Source: Candidatus Caldarchaeales archaeon (GTDB lineage: Archaea; Thermoproteota; Nitrososphaeria_A; Caldarchaeales; Calditenuaceae). From it: a stretch of 18,559 nt of DNA. The first letter of the stretch is position 1. Every line of letters starts with the position of its first letter. The position numbers and the translations under genes were made by a program. Shown here piece by piece: positions 15,372-18,559 of this stretch. Location of the stretch: assembly GCA_032249095.1 (NCBI GenBank), contig JAVVGN010000038.1:1-18559 (forward strand), in the 5' to 3' direction. The notes below the pieces were generated by a model. The model had not been told where the DNA came from. It saw only the letters and a list, made by a program, of their open reading frames with translations, and ran no database searches.

Positions 15372-15746
15372 CTACCCCACAAAACCGCCAAAAGGGCACA
15401 AAATTAACCACACCCTCTAGACCATCACCCCCCATGAAGGCCAAGTCACGGCCTGATTCCCCAAAGAGCTGGCCGACAACGTTGGTCTGAGATACCGCTT
15501 TGGTGGCTGCCAGTGGTGGCCACCGATAAGACACGCCCGCCAACACTCTACCCTCACCTGACGGGAAACCGATACTTCTGGAGATACTTGGAGCCCCCAG
15601 AGCACTCCGCGGTGTTAAAGCGAGGAGACGCACAGCCCCTGCAATATAAAACTAAATAGTCACGAGCAGCGCGTCATTGTCGGCCCCTCCACGAGAACGC
15701 GCCGGAATCAAGGGGCGCGGGTCAGAGGGAAGTATTAGGATGCGGA

Positions 15747-15821
15747 GGGCCCGTGGCCTAGTATGGATAAGGCGGCGGCCTCCTAAGCCGCAGATCGTGG
15801 GTTCGAGTCCCACCGGGCCCG
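15747..15821 (+). tRNA. tRNA-Arg (anticodon CCT)
   Basis: I folded the cloverleaf by hand. The acceptor is GGGCCCG/CGGGCCC. The D stem is GCCT/AGGC. The anticodon stem is GCGGC/GCCGC with loop CTCCTAA. The T arm is GTGGG-TTCGAGT-CCCAC and the discriminator is G. Length is 75 nt with no CCA and no intron. Confidence 0.9.
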
Positions 15822-15888
15822 AATGAATACAGAAAAGAGATCTGCTTCCGGATGTGTTATCGAGAGAAGTAGTGGTTTCTTGTTTAGG

Positions 15889-18132
15889 TTACTCGGCCTC
15901 TATGATCCCGATTTTTTGTGGGTTTGCTGTGAGGCGGAAAAAGTATTTTCCGGGGCCTGTTATCTTTGTCTTGGCTTTCTTGTTTGGTTGTAGCGTTAGT
16001 CTCGTGGATCCCTGTGTGTCTGGGTTGAAGATCTCTATTTCGTGTGTTGTTTTGTCCCGGTTGAGGAATGTGATCGTCCCTTTCCGCTTGAGCCTGCCTA
16101 CGCACGGTTTGAAGTGCTCGTTGAGTATACTGGTTGGTGTTGTGTGGGGGGAGCTGCGTGAGGCTCCCTCGAGAATGGTTATGGTGAGGCTTCTGCCTCT
16201 GGTGAATATGAGTGGCGGGATGAGTAATAGGGGTGCAAAAGGTAGCAGAAATAGGGGTAGCGAAGGCTGCCCGCCCCCTGACTCGGCCGTCATGATCGTG
16301 AGGATCGTCTGGTTCCGGTAGAGCGTTGTCTCGACTGTGGAGTACTTAGTGGATGTCAAGGTGGCGAAGAGGATCTCGGTGATCGTGGCGGTCATGGTTG
16401 CGAATTGGCTGATTATCTCAAGCCTAGTCGTGTATATTGTCGAGGAGAGGAGCTCTGTTGTCGTGCTCGTGCGTAATGTCCATACGGTTGAGGTGTAGTA
16501 GCTCGTCAGCGTGGTTGCGGGCCTCAGGGTGGTGGTGGTTCTCTCGGTGGTTGTACGCGTTATAGTAGCCGTCCGTGTCGTCGTAACTGTAGAAGTAGTT
16601 GTCGAGCTGACTGTTAGGGGAAGTACGCAGAGGGCGCCGATGAATCCGTTAAACTTGGTAGGGGCCACATCTCGGTCAGATATGGGGCTGCCGCTTAACT
16701 CGGAGTCAAAAAATCGCGGGCTATCAAGCACAGGGTAAGTTTCTCTAATGGGTATGTCTTGACCAACTATTCCCTCCCATGGATATGAGTCTATGTTAAG
16801 TAGGTGGTATTCAAGATAGTAATTTTCCGCCATACCCGTTAGATACGCGCAGTCTTGATACGCATCGACGCCGTGGGCGACTGAGTTGACCCTTCTAGCA
16901 ACATCGTAGGCATTATTCTCCATGCTCACTATTTTAAGGAAATACTTTGATGTGCCGTCAGACTTATCTAACACTATCACGTTGCCGTCGTATATCCTGG
17001 GGGCCTTCGGATCCCAAGGGTCGTATTTTACTAAATACCCCACCATTATGACGTGATTTAATGATACAGCCACATCGATTACGTAGGGTTCACTGTCGAA
17101 TCTATAGTCGTCGGCTTGGTGAACTGTCTCATACCATATGAACTGCGCGTAAATTATGTTTAGGTCCCGGTCCAGCTTGAAAAGCATTGGGAGGGGGGTT
17201 AATCTTACTAAGCCTGGGAGAATATTTGCTGCGACGTAAACGTATCCCTCGGGGTCTATAGCGATTGATGGCCAGCTTAGTCTCGTCCCTGGCTCGTTAG
17301 GGAGCGTGGTGCTGTTTATCGGCTCCAAATCTCTATTAAGCACGAGCAAGAATATATCAATGCTCCAAAGGTCTCTGTGAATGTCTCCGGCCACGTACAG
17401 TCTGTCACCGAAGATCTCTAGGTCTGTTGCATAATGCTGTAAAGTGTTGTCTAGGGCAAAGGATTTTGCAGCAATTATGTTTAGAGACTCGTCGAGGCGT
17501 ATCAGGTAGATCGGATAGAGTTGGTTGCCGCCCGCGTCTTCCTCTACTTTATCGTAAGGGCTCAGAAGCAGTTATATCTCTCCGTCCGGGGTGATCTCGA
17601 CATCCACACCGATATCTCCTGGTTTAAGAGATTGAGGAGGGCTGGGGAAACTAGGGGAACTGAAGTCTCCCAGCTCTGTCACGCCGATTCTCTTACAGGT
17701 CTCCTTTTCGTAGAGAGCTATGAAGACTCGGGCGATCATTGCCGGTCTCTTCACATCAGTAGTGAAGTAATAATAGCCTGCGACAGCCACATAACGCTCG
17801 TTTGTATCCGTGGTGAGACCCTCGATCTTAAAGTCGAGAGACGCTTGAGCGTCCTTAAACTTCAAAAGTACTTGACAATTTACTGTTCCCAATCTGCGGT
17901 CAAGAATGAGCAGGAACGGCTCGATTCCAGAGGAATAGTACGTACCCACTACGGATACAGTATCTTTATCGACCGCTATGTCGTAGGCTATTTCGGGAAC
18001 GTTTTCTCTATTCTCCCAGCCCCTTAAGACCCCAATTAGGGGAGAGGAGCCGAACGCGTTAGGGGGGCTCAGCAATGCTGCGAGGGACCCGCACGTGAGA
18101 AGCGCGGCTAGCAGTATAGGTGCCGGCCTCAT
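15889..18132 (-). pseudogene. Secreted repeat (beta-propeller-like) protein with Thr-rich stalk, TM anchor and C-terminal tail, interrupted by one in-frame TAA
   Basis: The track ORFs 17572-18132 and 15889-17394 are in the same frame. The 59 codons between them are open, and the only interruption is TAA at 17572-17574 (...ITPDGEI-stop-LLLSPYD...). The N-terminus is a signal peptide (MRPAPILLAALLTCGSLAALL). The body has repeated hydrophobic-G blades, followed by a T/S-rich tract (TTTSTVTTTRTATITRTTTERTTTT...). A TM segment (LPLFLLPFAPLLLIPPLIF) is followed by a roughly 100-aa tail. Confidence 0.7.
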
Positions 18133-18307
18133 CCTTTGTCACGCGGTCAAAATCACCCTGTCTGCTCGGATAAATTTTTGATTATCTTGGAACGAGTGAG
18201 TGCTCGCTAAGTAGTACACGCGTAACATAAGGCTGTCTGCACTATTAGTTTTGCGCGGTGTCGTTAAACGTCACTGCCCGTGGGTTTGGGATTGCTCTTC
18301 ATGTATG

Positions 18308-18330
18308 GTGTGCCTTGTGGCTTAATTCCT
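18308..18330 (+). repeat. Dispersed repeat family, partial copy 4
   Basis: GTGTGCCTTGTGGCTTAATTCCT matches the reverse complement of 34-56 at 22/23. It lies about 120 nt upstream of the transposase start. Confidence 0.55.
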
Positions 18331-18450
18331 GGGCTCTTTCGTCTCTCTTCGGCTACCTTTTGGTTATTCCTGTGACGTTTTCGGCTCTCGTCTCAGATTC
18401 CCTATATCCTTTCGCCTCAAGGCCTATTGCCATGCTTCTATTCCTCTCCC

Positions 18451-18559
18451 ATGATGAGCTACTGGGAGAGGGTCGATGAGAGGCTTATTAAGCGTGGCAT
18501 GCTTATTATGGATCTAGATTTCGTGAGGGGTTACCGGGATGAGCTCGTCAGAATGAACT
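18451..18559 (+). CDS. IS transposase, N-terminal part (IS5-family-like), runs off the right edge
   Basis: The translation MMSYWERVDERLIKRGMLIMDLDFVRGYRDELVRMN resembles the YNxxLxxRGxL...W..EL..MN N-terminal pattern of IS5-type DDE transposases. Only 36 codons are visible. Confidence 0.45.
   Translation, partial: MMSYWERVDERLIKRGMLIMDLDFVRGYRDELVRMN

Noticed and set aside
15340-15633. ORFs 15340-15633 (97 aa) and 15417-15605 (62 aa) as protein genes
   Set aside because: Both have GTG starts and unusual composition. The 97-aa ORF overlaps the aldolase start and begins only about 14 nt from the nearest TATA-like element. I recorded the region as an unexplained GC-rich stretch instead.
16480-16640. 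Repetitive ACN/GTN-rich DNA as a tandem repeat or CRISPR-like array
   Set aside because: It is the coding sequence of the Thr-rich stalk of the surface protein. It has no regular unit length and no repeat-spacer organisation. No CRISPR array is present anywhere in the window.

Overview
The sequence looks archaeal, probably from a hyperthermophilic crenarchaeon. Coding DNA is GC-rich and spacers are AT-rich. Genes have leaderless TATA promoters and overlap tightly, and the tRNAs have GC-rich stems with no encoded CCA. The window has two parts.

(1) 141-6398, minus strand, is a conserved hydrogen-metabolism block. It holds a six-gene group 3b [NiFe] sulfhydrogenase operon (beta, an inserted cNMP-binding-domain protein, gamma, delta, alpha, maturation protease). 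Upstream of it on the same strand lie hypA and an Mrp/MinD-type HypB-like ATPase.

(2) 6434-14570 is an accessory, mobile-element-scarred region. It contains:
- a PD-(D/E)XK (HsdR_N-like) protein
- a translationally coupled HerA-like ATPase/NurA-like nuclease pair without Mre11/Rad50
- two tandem homologous leader modules (a 52-bp core at 51/52 identity plus further colinear blocks) placed in front of different mobility genes
- a frameshifted HTH-LAGLIDADG gene ending 3 nt from tRNA-Ala(GGC)
- abutting gene fragments (a transposase HTH fragment and an LLM oxidoreductase N-terminus)
- a compact IS110-like recombinase split by one in-frame TAG
- directly after that recombinase, a 141-nt element of five nested perfect stems enclosing symmetric internal loops
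- an 18-bp perfect inverted repeat pair

The remainder holds an HpcH/HpaI aldolase, tRNA-Arg(CCT), a 746-codon secreted repeat protein interrupted by one in-frame TAA, and the 5' end of an IS5-like transposase gene.

The most interesting candidate is the IS110-like gene pair plus the adjacent structured element, a possible bridge/seekRNA-like guide with nested architecture. The domain calls rest on motif recognition by eye, and the strand and function of the structure are unproven.
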